DNA of 57,841 bases, the filler included, from Sphacelaria rigidula (lineage: Eukaryota): the NCBI GenBank assembly GCA_964200075.2. It is 5 parts of 5 records of this genome, joined end to end, with 100 filler letters (N's around TTAATTAATTAA, not from the genome) between each part and the next. Parts side by side here need not be neighbours in the genome. Positions count along the whole stretch, not along the records: positions 23,181 to 34,669 come from CAXNAA020004872.1; positions 34,770 to 46,256 come from CAXNAA020004873.1; 3 more parts are not named here. One strand, 5' to 3'. A program made the position numbers and the translations under genes. Positions 26,201 through 37,987 of the stretch are shown here, one piece after another; within the stretch, counting starts at the first letter, position 1; the number at the start of each line of letters is the position of its first letter. Below the pieces are notes generated by a model. That model had not been told where the DNA came from. It searched no databases and saw only the letters and a program-made list of their open reading frames with translations.

Positions 26201-26827
26201 TCGTGATTGTCCTCCATATGCACGATAATTAGCATGCTCCGGGCCGAACCATTTTAGCAGGATGCAGCTCACCCTTCATGCGACTCGCCGAACACATCAC
26301 GGCGCTTTGCGCTTGGCGATTGATTGCGACGCGGATCCGACGGAACCCCGGCGTTCTCAGTCCCGGCTTTGTAGGGATGCGAAGTCAATGGTCATATGAC
26401 TACGGCATGCAAGATCACGAGTACCCCCCGTCCCCCTCATAGGACAAGCGACAGATACGGAAGTAGTGGAAAAAAACAGGGTCCAGCTCAGAATGTTTCA
26501 TCTCACTCGCTCTCTCCCCTGATGCCTTCGAAACTGCAAATGATCAAACAACGTGGTCGTCGGACAACAGGGCAGCGTGAAATACGAGTTCATGTGCAAG
26601 CAGGCCTACGGCAACCAGCTTCACGAGGAATATGAACGTAGGGGCGCCCCGATGAAGGCTTTTGCCGCTCTGCATGCACCTGACGACGGACCTGTCACTC
26701 TGGGCACGATGTGAGCACTACGCACACGACCAAGAACGAACAATTCTTTTTCAGTTCTTTTTACTATTCATTCTTTTTGTTGCTACTTTTGTTATTATGA
26801 CTATTCTTCTAATTTTTATTGTTATTA

Positions 26828-26893
<66 letters not shown>

Positions 26894-29800
26894 CAGTAGT
26901 AGTAATAGTAGTAGTAGTAGTAGTAGTCGTAGTCGTCGTAGTAGTAGTAGTAGTTGTAGTAGTAGTAGCGGTAGTAGTAGTACAACTATCATCATCGTTA
27001 TTATCATCATCACTATCATCATTATAGTTATCACTATCACTGTCATTATTGTCACCATTATACTATAATCGTCATCATTGTCATCATCGTCAGTTCCTGA
27101 GATCCCGTTTTCCCGTCAACGGAATCAGTATTGGGAGCGTGAATATCAGCTGACTAGACCGCTCCGGAAACCCGCATTCTGTTTCCTCGGCGTGGTGAGC
27201 TTCCCTCATGCTAATTGAAGAAAAATAGGTATCAGACATTTTCCAATGAATGAGATACCTACGCGCACAAAACGCTACGCCGACAGAAATAAACGGGGTT
27301 CCGAAAAGTGCTTACATTTTTCACTGATGTTGTAAGAGACGACCTGTGACATACACAGAAAGGGGGGCATCTCCATCTCCACGAGTATCTGTACATTAGA
27401 AGATCGAGCGCCCTTCTCACCTTGTTGTCGGCTATATTTCTTTCATATAATTTCTAGCACTTATTGTCACACTTTTATCATCATTGCTTCAATCATTGCC
27501 ATCATATGTTGTTGTTCGTTGTTACACTATAGCTGTACCCCCACGAAAAGTGGACGTTTAGTTGTCATTACTTTTTATTGTACCTGCATTTTGTCCTTTA
27601 TTGTTTTCAAATCACGATTGCTATCATTTGGTTTGCTTACAATCGCTTCCTCAGCTTTGCTCCCTACTATTTTGTTATTTTGAACTAACGCACAAGCGGA
27701 GCAAACGTAATTCCCTTCGTTGTCGTCCCTGGGTATAATCACTGCACTGGACTTGTTGGTGCTCGCTGTTCCCATCACAGGCGAATTACCCGTGTCCGTG
27801 AAAACAGCTCTATCAGTGCTGCATCTCTCCCTTTTTCTCTCTCTTGATCTCTCTGTGTTCACTTCGGCTAAGCAGGAAGCACGCCCGTCGTCCCACATGG
27901 GCCGTGTGCCAGTTGTGCAGAATTCCGAAGACGGTGTATTTTTCCTTGAGGTTAACCTTTGTCTACGTATGTCCACTCGCTCGACTATCTAAATGTACAT
28001 ACCAGCCGTTTCGAGACCTTTCTCATGTCTCTGATGAGAAAAAGTATCAAACTTGTGGAACGTTTTTTTCCAATGTGTATATACACACGTGAGAACTGAC
28101 TAAGGCCACTGAGCGCTCTCGGCAAGACCAACCGTGTACGGTCTTCCCAAACGAGATCTTTCGAGTCCCAAGCACAGTTCTAAAGCCCCCCCTCTCTTCA
28201 CTACGTGTGTTTCTCTCTCCCTCCCCGCCCTGATGCTACATATGTCACACAGATTGCAATTTCCAATCACTATGATAGTCGAGATCTTCCATAACTCTAT
28301 CTACCGTTGGTCGGGAAGAGCCCGTACAAACGTCGACCGGACGACGGAAGTTCCTCGGCTATCCACCGCAACCTTTTGGCCGCACTTCCGACAGGCATCC
28401 CAGGCCCGGTGCTTTGTTATCAGTCATTCATGATGAACACATTCGAAAGCTGTTCAATTTCTGAGTATATAGCCCCCTCCCCTCGCCGCCCACCGCTCAC
28501 CCTCCTCTATCATCATTATCATCATCGTCATCTCACACCCCGCTTCCACGCAAGCCCCCAACAACATAATAATTCGAAATACTGTACCGCCATTAATCAT
28601 CGCGATAACCGTTGTCATGCTAGTCGCCATCATAATCATAATCACAATCATCACTGTCATCATTGTCATAACGACGACCACCACCATTGCCAACGCTTTA
28701 TACTCTCCATCTATTCTTTGTTCGGCCGGCAACATGATGTGTATGGGCGTACGTGCACCGCCATAACTGTAGCATTGCGTACAAGCATGCGAGGCCCGCG
28801 TTACTCAAGGCGGCAAAGGCGGCGGCAATGCAGAAGGTGGTGGAGCGCGTGGCGAAGCAAGAGACAGCTCTGGCGAGAGAGCGAGCGGCGAAGGAGGCGG
28901 CGCAGCAGCTCCGAGACTTCGAGGCATTACATAACGAGGTGAAGAAATAATAAAAAAAACGTACCGAAACACAAAAAAAGACGACAGTAAACGGATGGAC
29001 AATGACACCGTCAGACTGCAAACGGGAGAGATTCTTTGGGATCCATATTGACTGTGCAAGGGCATTCATTTTTACAAAGGAAATCAACTCACGAATGTTC
29101 CCGTCGAGTTGCACTCCATACGAGTGACTACATTAATGGGATTGGCCAAAAAAACATGATGACGTTTGTATATTACACATTCAAGGGGTTAATTACTGTA
29201 ACGCTTGACTAACCGACAATGTGTGTGCTTGAAACGCCGGGTCACACAGTGAGTGGCATCAGTACTCTACTTTTTGCAAAAGCGAGTGAGCTGCGCAAAA
29301 AGGCTACAGCGATAACGACCAGCAGAATTGGAAAGCTCTCGTATCGAGGTTTTCCTCGCACATACAAAATGCAAGGCATACTTGGGGGTAGACGCGTCTC
29401 CCCCCCTATTCGAGTGACCGGAGGCCCTTCCGTCTCCCTCTCTGGATTTCACGTATACCCATTCATGTATTTGGAACAGTGAGTACCAGATAATATGCTT
29501 GCCCTGAACATACCGACATATACATGCGTCACAAAACCTTCCTCTCCGCAGAGTTCTGCGGAAGTTCCTGTAAAACGGATGTTCCGTTACGTCCGGCCAT
29601 TGCTCATTCCGTCCTCGATACATCGTCATACTCCGGAGGACGGGTGCTGCTCATAGGCCCGCGCACCTGTGCGCTCTCAACCCGTGCCTTTCTCGATCTC
29701 CACAAACAAGAACGAACACACGACCCTCGTCCTTGTGGCTCACGCATATACCCCATGACACTGCTGCTCATACGTCCAAGGGTGGTAACCTCAGGGCAGG

Positions 29801-31778
29801 TTCCTGTTTTTCGTACGCACACGGCCATTTGGCTACCCCCCAAAATCTCTCCACAGGAAAGTTGATCCCTCTACAGGGAGAAAAGACTCTGGAGGCGTAT
29901 AATCCCTCTGGAGGCTGAATAGTGAACCCCTCTACAGGGATAAAACAACGTTAGGGAATAGTGCACACAAAGTCACTCAAGAGGGAGGGAAATCAACCCC
30001 CCCTGAAGGGGTTATGTGCACTTTGAAGGATTCAACACGATATGAAATTCCTCTCAAGGTCACTGATTCCTCTTCACGGACAAAATTGACCCCTCTGGAG
30101 GAGTCGATTTTCGTGTGGAGAGATATTTGGGGGTAACCAAATGGCCGCGTGTGTACTGGCCGTACAGAAGACTACCTAACGACCAAATCTTGAGGAATTG
30201 ACTGAACCCCTAGACAGCGACCCCCCCGCAGGTGGATTGAGATGGACTATGCTACATTTGGAGTAGAGAACAGCTTGTTTCTCGCTACACAAAACGTCCT
30301 TCATCATAAGCATACGGATGTTGGGCATCTATTATATAGAAAAGAGTCCCTTAGAACCCCTGACTCGTCTTGATCCTGCAGTCTATGGCGTGCAGAGTCG
30401 GTATGTGTGCTGTATAGCTCCGCTGGATACAACGGCAAGAGTCAGTCAGCGTGCCATCGCTCTCCACTGAACACAATCCATTGCACGTTGCTGATGTCGC
30501 TGGCTAGTATTCCACAACAACACTCCAGTGACAGAATAAAGCTATGCTGGCGACACGTGAGGGGTCAGACAGGCGGCACAGACCACTAGCAGAGTACAAA
30601 ACACGCGATTTGCGCCGATGTAATCTATGGTTGCAAGTGTCACGACCAAAATAAGAAACACGGCTAGATAGCGGAGTAGTCCACCAATAGTCCATCTGTA
30701 GGGGAACAAAGCGACCATTTTGATATCCGTGATTGGTCAGAATAGTCACCCCGCTCCTCTCGGGCCTCGTTCCTGGCTTAGAATCTTCCGTGGGGAACTT
30801 CTAAAAAGACATGATTGACTTGGTGAACTTTTCGGCCGTTCTGCGAACAGTTCCCCACACTCCTGTCAAAAACCACCCCCCCTGCCCTCTGGAAACTCCC
30901 GGATGTCCCTGGACTGTCAGCCTGTGGAACTGTTCCGAGGCGACGCTCGCTGTCTAAGGGTTAACCCTTTCACCGCCAGGCTAGGCCACCTACGTTGAAC
31001 TAGCACTAGTTCCACTTGAAAAGTTACTGCGTCACCCAGATCACCTACCCTGGCGGTCAAGGGTTAAGGATGGTCACAGATGTTACTGTTGTTTCTTTGG
31101 GACACACAGCGCCCTTCGACACTGTTTTCTCGGAGATCTCCGAAATTGTCGGGACTCGCAAGGTACCAGATAATTCTCGATTGATTGCGCGCTGCCACAG
31201 CGTATTCACAGGACAGCTCTCCGAAGTGTTGCGCTGCCGTCCGAATTTTTCGGATTTCTCCAGAAATAAATGAAGCTTCGGAGAAAAAATCGAGCTGCTT
31301 CATTCTCGGAGAAGTCTGAACGCAGAGTCCGAGAACTCTGAAAAAGTCTGAAATCTCTGGAAAAAAAAGTGTAAAAAATAATGGGCATTATGCCTTCAAT
31401 ATATAAACTCGCGAGCATTGGATCATGGCCACATATTTACACCATACCACCGCCTAGCCCCGGGGGTACAACTTGTATAACTGAGATATCGGGGAAGGAA
31501 TGGGGTGATCCCTTATTGAGGTCACACTTTTCCCCCGAGGAAGGGGAAGGCTTGAAAGTGCGACGGAAACACACACACATACACACACTGTTGACATTTG
31601 TTTCCCCCTCCCCCTGTCCTGATCGCTAAAATCGTATCCGTGCGCTCGCATGCCGAGGCAGCTGGTTGCCAAAGCTGGAGCCCGGGGCACGTCGTGGGAT
31701 TTGCTGTGGGATCCCGAAGAAGATGAACGATACTATTTGTACAGCGTTGGAGCCGGAGTCACTATGCGATACCCGAAG
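23233..31778 (+). CDS. Internal exons of an unidentified gene (coiled-coil segments plus a WW-like exon)
   Basis: AG/GT-bounded open exons: 23233-23371 (EALWDCYERAVSASKERAKKKAEMDLELAMKDDAVSKAATWVLTKQ), 28773-28938 (IAYKHARPALLKAAKAAAMQKVVERVAKQETALARERAAKEAAQQLRDFEALHNE) and 31662-31778 (LVAKAGARGTSWDLLWDPEEDERYYLYSVGAGVTMRYPK). The last two are phase-compatible. At least one linking exon is unresolved (candidates near 27876-27950 and 28320-28410). Confidence 0.55.
23495..23725. repeat. 9-bp tandem repeat (GGTTCATTT)n
   Basis: Directly visible; it degenerates leftwards into gattcggttt units. Confidence 0.9.
24243..24685 (-). mobile_element. LINE ORF C-terminal fragment (Cys/His finger region), decayed
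   Basis: GDLDLP...EEEVNAQNCSCGEAIESRSFIVAECELYKEERDVLE...APSRKGYAVSHQTTKASNK*, a CxC..E...(H)...C finger typical of non-LTR element C-termini. The same terminus recurs at about 42035-42105 and 46357-46430. Confidence 0.8.
26102..26435 (+). mobile_element. Interspersed repeat (LINE-like 3' end, C-tract tail), copy 1
   Basis: Colinear with 51389-51722 over about 330 bp (tcgtactacgtag ... ccggctttgtagggatgcga.gtcaatggtc...gagtac.ccc) and with 47610-47700. Confidence 0.75.
26828..27092. repeat. (TAG)n followed by (CAT)n-like microsatellite
   Basis: Directly visible; it produces the poly-V and poly-L ORFs in the track. Confidence 0.92.
29816..30153. mobile_element. MITE (338 bp) with about 50-bp TIRs, flanked by TA
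   Basis: ta|cgcacacggccatttggctacccccaaaatctctccacaggaaa versus rc ta|cacacgcggccatttggttacccccaaatatctctccacacgaaa. Internal repeated ccctct motifs. Confidence 0.8.
30207..30960 (-). mobile_element. piggyBac-type internally deleted element (754 bp)
   Basis: tgaa|cccctagacagcga ... tcgctgtctaaggg|ttaa (14-bp TIR with 1 mismatch). The minus strand reads ILTNHGYQNGRFVPLQMDYWWTTP, then after a frameshift YLAVF..LAT....ANRV, resembling the piggyBac DNxxTS...GT.R.NR region. Confidence 0.68.
30965..31063. mobile_element. piggyBac-type MITE (99 bp), inverted relative to the 4999 copy
   Basis: ttaa|ccctttcaccgccagg ... cctggcggtcaaggg|ttaa. Confidence 0.8.
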
Positions 31779-31810
31779 GTGTGCAAACTATACACAGTGC
31801 ACTACCCTAA

Positions 31811-31811
<1 letters not shown>

Positions 31812-31849
<38 letters not shown>

Positions 31850-31854
31850 AAGTA

Positions 31855-31911
<57 letters not shown>

Positions 31912-32525
31912 ATAGGAGCAGCAGCAGCAGCAGCAGCAGCAGGAGTAGGAGGAGGAGCAGGAGGAGTAGTGGAAGGAGGAGTAGAGATAGTAGGAGTAGT
32001 AGGAGTAGGAGAGTAGCAAAAGTGGTAGAAGTAGGAGTAGCAAAAGTGGTAGAAGCAGTAGTAGCGGACGTAGTAGGGGTGGTAGTAGCAGCAGCAGCAG
32101 CAGCAGCAGGAGGAGGAGGAGGAGGAGGAGGAGGAGGAGGAAGAGGAGGGAGGGAGGGGGAGTAGAAGCAGTAGTAGAAGTAGTAGGGATAGCAGGAGTA
32201 GAAGTAGTAGTATGAGTAGGAGAAGTAGTAGTAGTAGTAGTAGTAGTAGGAGGAGGAGGAGGAGGAGGAGGAGAAGGAGGAGAAGTGGTAGGAGGAGTAC
32301 GAGAAGTAGTAGTAGGACTAGGACGAGGAGGAGGAGAAGGAGTACCAGTACCAGTACCAGTACCAGTAGTAGGAGTAGGAGAAGGAGGAGTAGTAAAAGC
32401 AGTGGAAGCAGTAGTACGAGTAGTAATAGTAGGAGCAGGAGCAGGAGTAGGAGGAGCAGGAGTAGGAGGAGCAGGAGCAGGAGGAAGAGGAGAGGGAGTG
32501 GGAGCAGGGGTAGTATTAGTAGTAG
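31812..32525. repeat. Compound purine-rich trinucleotide microsatellite (AGT/AGC/AGG/AGA)n
   Basis: About 710 bp of AGN triplets, in the intron after exon 31662-31778. Confidence 0.95.
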
Positions 32526-33567
32526 AATGAAAGGAGGTGAATGGATGCCATCTTGCTACTTCCTCATAAATACACGTATGTGAATATGCGTGCACACATG
32601 CGCTGCATGCATGTATTTGCCCTATATGAAAATTGGACAGGATACTGCAATATGTGACAAGTGCGATATTAGCCTCCCGCCGGAGGACAAAATCTGCCCG
32701 CAGTGCCAAGCGCGACGAAGTGCTAAGGTGAGATTATGCCACATCGAGTGAAAAGCTGACCTGGTAATCATTTGAACAGAGTCATCACCACAGAAAACCA
32801 AGCCTGGGATAACTAAAATACGTTCGGCACGAGAAGTTAGGGGGCTTACCTGACCGTAGATGTAGGTTCCACGCCAAGGCGTACCATGTGCAATTCTTGA
32901 ACAGCAACTTTTTATACGATGAATAAAATTTTGTGTTCATGTATAATGGCCATCACACATCAACGACAGACTCGGTCCACCATTCACCCTTTGGGAGCAC
33001 GCGCCGTGATAAAGTTTGCCAAAGGAGTGCTCGTAGGGTACTCTTCCGCAGAAACCAATTATGAGATCACTTGAAGCAAAGTCAAGTCTGCATGAGGAAT
33101 TGGGGGCTCAAATATACGTGGGTCTCACAATTATTAATGACATGAATTTTCAACAAGTCATATATATACAAGAGTATCGGCGGCTTTGCCGCCACGATCA
33201 GTGGATCGATATCCGAGATACATGAGCACTGGATATTGCTTTGTGCGTTGCGAAAAGGCAAAGGTCATAGTTTGAAGCGGCCGTGGCTGCTCATCAGGTG
33301 AACATGTTGTTGTTGTGCGTGACGATTTAATTTTGAAGATGATGTCGATTCCAAAAATTATTATTCTTTCCTCGTTTGTAATCTGAAGTGGTAACATACG
33401 TGTCACGTTCACAGGGATGCAGGCAAAGGCTTGACAATTGATAAACAATCCAACACTATCAAAGGTGAACCTCTGAAACTCATTGACTCCGCAAAAACAA
33501 AAGCACACAGCTCGACGAGCCGCAGACGGTCATTGCCTACGCTGTGCGGGAGCTTGCTTATAACCAA

Positions 33568-33650
33568 CCCTTGGACCGCGAAAAAAACTTACTTTTTCCA
33601 TGTAAAAATGATGCCGATTCAGCAGGTGACCTACACTCGTGGTGAAAAGG
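33568..33650. mobile_element. Degenerate copy of the 100-bp piggyBac-type MITE
   Basis: cccttggaccgcg ... tgatgccgattcagcaggtgacctacactcgtggtgaaaagg|ttaa. Confidence 0.65.
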
Positions 33651-34669
33651 TTAATGAAATTTGCTCAGAATCCATTCATCGAGAAACGATTATTCATGTA
33701 AGAATCCAATGAGAAACGATCTGGATAATGATGCCGGTTTGATGTCTGGAGTGATGCCAACTGACAATTGAAAAACGTTGCCCGCGCCTCGTAGTAGAAC
33801 ATGGCGTGACCTTGCATGAATCTTTTCAGGATTCTTCGATGAGAAACGGTGATTTGTGTAAGACGCGTGCGAACCGTTGCTAATTACGTGCATTGCGTAG
33901 TGGCACAGGTCGTACTTCGAAGAAAACGCCGTAGCTACTCATCAGCTGAGGACGTTGTGTATCCCCTACACCGCGAGGGTAGGTCATCTGTTCATGCAGT
34001 ATGTCTTGCATGTAAAGGTGATCTGGTTCTACACATGCCCCATGCTGGCGGTCAAAGAGTGATGACCTCGCACAAAGCTGTTCAGACGACTCAAATCTGA
34101 AAAAAAACAGAAGCCGCTGTTTTTTAGCGCCTCATGAACTCATGGCATAGAAATGAAGAGGAGGCCAGCCGACTGCGCGCGATTAGACGGGAGACCAACG
34201 AAGCCCAAATAGCACAGCAATAATGACGGTCCAGAGAAGGGGGGATTGGGGGATGAACCCCCCCGATGAGGGGTGTCCTTATGTCATGCAGTGCTTGTCT
34301 TGATACATCTGGTATGCTTGTACGTATGGCTGTCCCTCGAGAGGCCGAAAGATGGAACGTTGCGATTCTTAGTTCTTTGGTTCGCGGTATTTGGGGCCTT
34401 GAGTCTCGCCCGTAGTCGGACCCTGTGTTCATTTCTACTTGGCGTCGCGCGTCGAGTTGGAAAGCCGGGCACCACCCCCTGAAGTCCGCATGGTCACCTG
34501 CGGCCCGGATCTTCTGAGGCTAGCCATATGTATTATCTTTCTTGTTTATTATGTATCCCTGTTTTTGCTTGTATCGCGTTTTGTGAGTTTTAATCATTTT
34601 TTTTTTGCTAGCCTATGACCACGGAAGGCGTCCGCATCAGATGCCCAGTACGAATGTACCGCGTAGATA

Positions 34670-34769
34670 NNNNNNNNNNNNNNNNNNNNNNNNNNNNNNN
34701 NNNNNNNNNNNNNTTAATTAATTAANNNNNNNNNNNNNNNNNNNNNNNNNNNNNNNNNNNNNNNNNNNN
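34670..34769. other. Artificial contig linker
   Basis: 100-nt N/TTAATTAATTAA spacer. Confidence 0.97.
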
Positions 34770-34954
34770 GAGGGGTCCAGCAGTCCCTTTCCCTCGTCAA
34801 CCGTCAAGTCGAACTTTGTGTACCCACGACATGGTCGCTCTCCACTGTTGGGCATGGTATGAGAAAAGATTCCAGATCACTCCGGGAATCGAACCTCCCT
34901 ACTCAACGATCAGAAGGTTGCGAGGTTACCAACTGAGCCACCGGGGCGACCGGC
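34770..34954 (-). mobile_element. tRNA-derived SINE 5' part (cut by contig edge)
   Basis: Minus strand gccggtcgccccggTGGCTCAGTTGGtaacc...gaGGTTCGATTCCcgg contains pol III A and B boxes. There is no closing acceptor stem, and it continues into a non-tRNA body. Confidence 0.75.
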
Positions 34955-35179
34955 ATTGTGTAATCCTTTGGTTGAGAAAGTGGTGTCTTATCATCTTCTA
35001 ATTCTGGGACACGAGCGACTCAAAAGCAGGAAAAAATGAAGACCACAGAAGGATCAGAGAAGAACTGCATATTTACGTGGCAAACTTTCCGAACATGAAC
35101 GAAGGAGCGACGGATAAATGCAGTGCTGAAAAAGGACAGGCACGTCTTTCTGCAGGCTGGGTGACAAATCGCCATTTTA

Positions 35180-35625
35180 TAAGGCTAGCTGCCGCCGTGC
35201 CCCGGTGATATTATGTTATATAGCTGAATACGTTAGGTCGGGAGAAGGCCGAGTTCGATTCCCCACAGATGCAGCTAGTTTTCTGACACTGGGCCCTCGT
35301 GATTTCATGATATAATACACAACGCAGGTCGGAAAACGTGGGTTCAACATCCACCACATGCGATTAGTTTGCATGTTTTTTAACAAAAAAATGATTTCCG
35401 TCGTCAAAATCGTCGAAATCGTGGGGACGTGAAAAGCGAAAATAGTTTTGTACGACTGAGTTTACGCGACCAGAGTTTACGCGGTGTGGAAGTGCTGATC
35501 CAATCCACGACACCAAAGTGTAGAGCGTGTACAGCGGGATAAATGCGTTGATCACTCGTGACCACTATACCATTATATTACGGACTCGTCTCGAGGAAGG
35601 GGAGGGGTTGAAAGCGTGACGAAAA
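35180..35625 (+). mobile_element. Degenerate SINE copy
   Basis: B box gagttcgattccc at about 35251. The 3' motif acggactcgtctcgaggaaggggaggggttgaaa is shared with 39735-39770, 6290-6317 and (rc) 50130-50170. Confidence 0.55.
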
Positions 35626-35693
35626 GTTTTGAGATTGGTGTCATTTTTGCGCTGCATGATCATGACTCATGTCGGCCGTTCTCTCGCACTTGC

Positions 35694-37987
35694 CTTCGCA
35701 GTATCTTTCATGGACTCGTTCACGCCGAGCTGGATATCGCTCGGTCCGAGAAAAAGCGCTCGTCCGCCCAGAAGCCCCATTCCCGTCTCCGTCGATACGC
35801 GAGTACGAGTCGATCTTTTCTGGAAGATCATCGCCACAGACTTTCCAAGCAAAGGCTGTTGCTTCTGTTGTGCCCCGTTGGCATTGGCATGGCATGGCAT
35901 GGCAATGCACCGGCCGCATCCACGCGCGCGTGGGTGAGCAGGGGTAGGGAGGGTCAGCAGGGGGGTTCTACGAAATAACGAAAACTAACCCAGAGCAGGG
36001 GTATATAAGTGTAGAAAATCAAGCCAAGCTTGAATAAGCTCGCTGTTGCGTTCATTCCAGTATGTGGTGATCAGTGCTGATGCTGGTGTTCGGGTGTATA
36101 GCACATAGAGTCAAACTGTCTCGTAGGGAAAACAATCGTTGCTACTGTATAATTTCATAATGTCGGGTAAGCTCCATTCGAATTGATGGGGGGGAAGCCC
36201 ATCTTTTCACAGCAGGATAGGATAGGTGTCGGTACCTCGGGTACTATAGAATACTGAGGATTTTCGGCTGTCGACACCCTGGGTACCGTACAAAACTGAG
36301 GTTTTCCAGCAGTCGATACCATGGTACCCTGTCCTACTTGGTACACCAACATACCCTGAAAAATAGGGTACCCGAGGGCACGTACCGTACCCTAACCACG
36401 TCTGTTATTCTTTCCTGTTTTCCCATCTATTCACGTCTCATGATATTATGTTGACATAGGAAATGTTAAAGTGCTATTTTGTAAGACCACACACGCGTCC
36501 GGTTTCAATTTGGAGCATAGGTGCTCTTGATTCAGCACAATACTTGTTTACTGCATTCCGGCGTGACCCCGATTCTGCTCACACCACATCTTCGCTGGAT
36601 ACATTTTGTTCACTGAACATTTCCTTTTGCTGTTCCTGAGAGTGACTGTGATTATCTTGCGTGCTTTATTTTCCGGTGATGAGACTCAGATGGCGACGTG
36701 GGATGCAGCATGCGGGCCGAAGCAGTAGATTATTCAACAGTCTACCTTCCATATTATTCGGCGGAAAATGAACGAATAGACGGGGAGTTTTCAAAACCAA
36801 CCTTCGGACGAACGTGTCTATAGTGTCTCCGCTATCCAGTCCTCACTAAGAAGCCGTCATGCGGAGCGGTTAACTTCCGTCATCCCGTCCGCCGAAGATA
36901 GCATGGTCATAAATATCGGGCTAGAGCAGGGGGTGATGAAAAATTGGTTTACGCACCAGTGTCGTGTGGGGGGAACTTTTTCACACAGCGAAGCCACATG
37001 GGCCTCCTCATTCCTCCATTTTGATTGTCTGGGGTTTGATCGCTCTTCGATTTGTGCTCCGAAGGTGACCTACATCAACGTCAAGATCGCCGTCATTAGC
37101 AACCCCGTTCAAAAACCAATACGTCGCTCTAATCCAGAGCCAGGACTACGGTAGTGTCTGATCAGGGACGCACGTCGATGCCGCTCGAGGGATCCTTGAA
37201 GGCCTTCTTGAGGCCGATCGAGCACTCCAAAAGCCCGGCCAATTCCGGTTGACTGATAGGGAACAGGCACGTCAGTCAGGGCGAAGGGCGAAGGAGGCCA
37301 AAGAGTGCTAGTAAACGAGAACAGCTCTTCAAGTAACGAGCGCGGCAGCGCATGAGTTGTTCGTGGGATTTGCGAGGATCGTGGGCCGGGTACCGCACGT
37401 GTACATAATCATTGTAAGCGGACAGTTCAAACAGTGCGGTATCATTCTACATTTATCTTTGAACCTGCTATGAATATTTTCAGCTGAATCAGCAAGTAAA
37501 AGTTGGTCGACCTTGTCTTGCATCTCAATGCCCACCAACTCCGAACTTCAGCGAGCTAATTCCCGTACAGCGTAGTCTCATCGCTTACCAGTGTGTCTGG
37601 CCTCTCAGGCAAACCGCATTTGCACAGTCAACATCCAACAACGCTGGCTTGAAGGGGCCGTAACCAGAGACAATCACCGCAGTGTTCTGGGCGAAGTTAC
37701 TAATGCGCTACTCAGCGCCGTTTATATTTTGCACGAAAAATCAATGGATTACTTCATAAAATACCACCTCATCCCGCAAATCCACATGAATCAATCTCCT
37801 GGTGCAGTATGCAGCGTAGGCGTGCTGCCCTCATGCCAGCCGCAAGCCACGAGGTAATGTCAATGCGGTATAATATGTTGTATTGTTCCTGTTTTTTCGA
37901 ACACCCGACATTACATTACCTGAGATCAGCGATCGACATGAGAGATCGGCCAGCCAGAGACCTTACTCCCTTCACTGCAGCTGCCAT
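35694..37987 (-). CDS. OTC: Ornithine carbamoyltransferase, first three coding exons (the rest lies beyond the contig end)
   Basis: Exons 37987-37920, 37252-37174 and 35864-35694 splice in phase to [106 protein letters not shown]. The carbamoyl-phosphate motif F.KRSTRTR is present. Confidence 0.95.
36225..36400. repeat. GGTACC-rich repeat, probable MITE remnant in an OTC intron
   Basis: Repeated gggtacc/gtaccc motifs, similar in style to 44505-44682. Confidence 0.45.

Noticed and set aside
31650..32709. Long ORFs (300, 171, 123 aa) resembling extensin, SR or mucin proteins
   Set aside because: They are translations of the AGN microsatellite; only exon 31662-31778 looks coding.
34870..34954. 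Possible tRNA gene
   Set aside because: A and B boxes are present but there is no complete cloverleaf or acceptor stem; it continues into a SINE body.
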